This document shows, in pieces, positions 63,401-64,000 of a stretch of DNA of 64,000 bases. The stretch is from a bacterium. GTDB taxonomy: Bacteria > Hinthialibacterota > Hinthialibacteria > Hinthialibacterales > Hinthialibacteraceae. The position numbers were made by a program, and so were the translations under genes. The stretch is taken from the NCBI GenBank assembly GCA_963663405.2, contig CAXXSM010000110.1, positions 96,001-160,000 on the forward strand. Reading direction: 5' to 3'. Every line of letters starts with the position of its first letter. Position 1 is the first letter of the stretch. The notes beneath the pieces were generated by a model. That model was not told the DNA's origin. It was given only the letters and a program-made list of their open reading frames with translations, and did no database searches.

Positions 63401-63700
63401 TTTGTAACCATCATACCAACTCATTTCTCTAACATCCCCATGATTTATCCAAACATTACGATTTTCGCTGAAAGAGATGAATGGTGTATACGATTCTTTT
63501 AATCCATCTGAGGCTCTCCAAAAACGCCAATTCATATTTTGCTGAGCCCATAGAGATTGAAAAGACGATAAGATAAGCAGTAAAAGAAGAAATAATCGAT
63601 AGGAATACACCCTAATCTGTTCTTGTTCAGCGTGAGATGGAATCGTTATTACACGGAAAGTGAGAGTCGAAGATAATTTTGTATGAGTTATTTTAGGCAT
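60401..63700 (-). CDS. Sensor histidine kinase with extracytoplasmic beta-propeller and Y_Y_Y domains
   Basis: Signal/TM segment; repeated ED..G.(L/V)WF blades; YYSYRID...LTPGDHCFQVRAMD; TM; GVAHEINNP; DPFFTTK; GTGLGL. Confidence 0.92.
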   Translation of the reverse strand: MPKITHTKLSSTLTFRVITIPSHAEQEQIRVYSYRLFLLLLLILSSFQSLWAQQNMNWRFWRASDGLKESYTPFISFSENRNVWINHGDVREMSWYDGYKINRIKSPGSFLHVYEDVQGHIWAQHHDGSWNWNGIQKYMKDQDHWEFYSIEALKDTKIDDISHSVKIAGIDENSYLLPFLPYKEDQFIFLLPDRLIGFNAKTKMSSEIQSATNTRLGRFLEIAKNSKGGFWLTGEKGIARLDIDLQEKEKCTNYIESILDKEWNIKDLHSPIESKSGELFVVGHKIEKTRKILLRFQDENWERIYPADDNSNINIIAGWRGDQDCIWVMSKNELMRLYPKRDGTGYDVNMIPGEGVLSGKFLDVSIESERKFWISTSLGIARCSPSIWSAPKEIKEIRSNINSIFEDNEGKLWFSCGNLLETYQNGKWETIQLEDDIETKSFQTDSIVQLPNNRIAIGTNAKDYLQLFDSKTHKSEHVKAVSETIGLIAPRKNQTCWIQFKREDYYKHFRIEYYDGTQFHPFLDKGSDWKIGELRCIYEDEDGNVWFGGTGEDGLAVYRSNEQYQTFGHIDEIKDGGVLSILQLHDGKIWFGGRDKISKYDGKKWSEVESEYESFDQVRSMTQGQDGTIWIASGSGLHRYSEGSWDTFNQEDGLPSSYVNDVLIDRTGDIWACTTKGIGKFDTTADQDPPKAIIDPKNVREIASGGEVNFNYSGTDKWNYTTSNRLYYSYRIDDASWSQFKDDTVAKCSNLTPGDHCFQVRAMDRNWNKSEPESWNFTVDLPWYLDYRIITILLLAILSVSYAFNRHFKLRLSYKTLRQTQNQLIQSGKMASLGQLVAGVAHEINNPINFIKSNIQPLKEYMHGLCNLVNTVREDKKHFPESIRMHYESIFEEADLDFVTQDSDKIFQSFEEGSLRIANIVSDLRQYIRIDQTHQSSYDIHNAIDSTLSFLENQCRDRITIHKYYSDIPKITCSPGQINQVFMNVLKNTIEFIEDKGNIWIYTRMENEHVIIHIQDDGKGIPQVNLSKVFDPFFTTKPVGSGTGLGLSLSYSIIEQHGGTITVESEEKNGTTFTVKLPIKKDAWTKRLRRRVSYAEFSS

Positions 63701-64000
63701 GAGGAATACTCGAAATAATTTGATCAGGTAAGGTGAAAAGTCAGTTTTTCACCTTGGCAACCTATCGCCGCATATCCAACCGGTTATTCCTTGTGGATTG
63801 TGGCGCCACGAGTCCATGTCAATTTTACTAGTTAATTTTTATCATGCAAAAAATATTGAATGACGTCAAGATAACTCAAGTCATAATGACGAACTTTCTT
63901 TCGTTCCCTTGCTTTACGTAATTTCTGATCTCGATCTTTAAAAATCGATTCGTAATGATTCCCTTTGACCTAAGCGGTTATGTTGATTTCAAACAAAATC

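Overview
The window has two parts. (1) Bases 1-42195 are a single minus-strand signal-transduction cluster. It holds four complete, very large multi-PAS hybrid histidine kinases (one of 2660 aa), an NtrC-family sigma54 activator, cheW and three mosaic MCPs, a CheB-CheR-PAS-PocR fusion and several receiver proteins. A sigma54 promoter with IHF sites and three palindromic enhancer-like boxes sits directly upstream of the cheW/MCP genes. (2) Bases ~42300-60450 are an accessory/mobile region. It contains two tRNA 3'-half att scars (Trp, Gly) with tandem arm-type repeats, five left ends and one complete copy of an IS481-like element, a BlaI + M56-WD40 + prepilin + hydrolase module, truncated recD2, a vapBC pair, hsdM and a truncated hsdS. 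It ends with a tyrosine-recombinase + IS91-type HUH transposase element, followed by a beta-propeller sensor kinase. The best candidate for a new system is that last element (58024-60452). Joining its two ends builds an integron-attC-like hairpin with the crossover after AA, and its recombinase is split at a slippery A8 run. A second candidate is a short C-terminal motif shared by two exported proteins that flank a pseudopilin-like gene. All family calls come from motif recognition by eye; no database searches were run.
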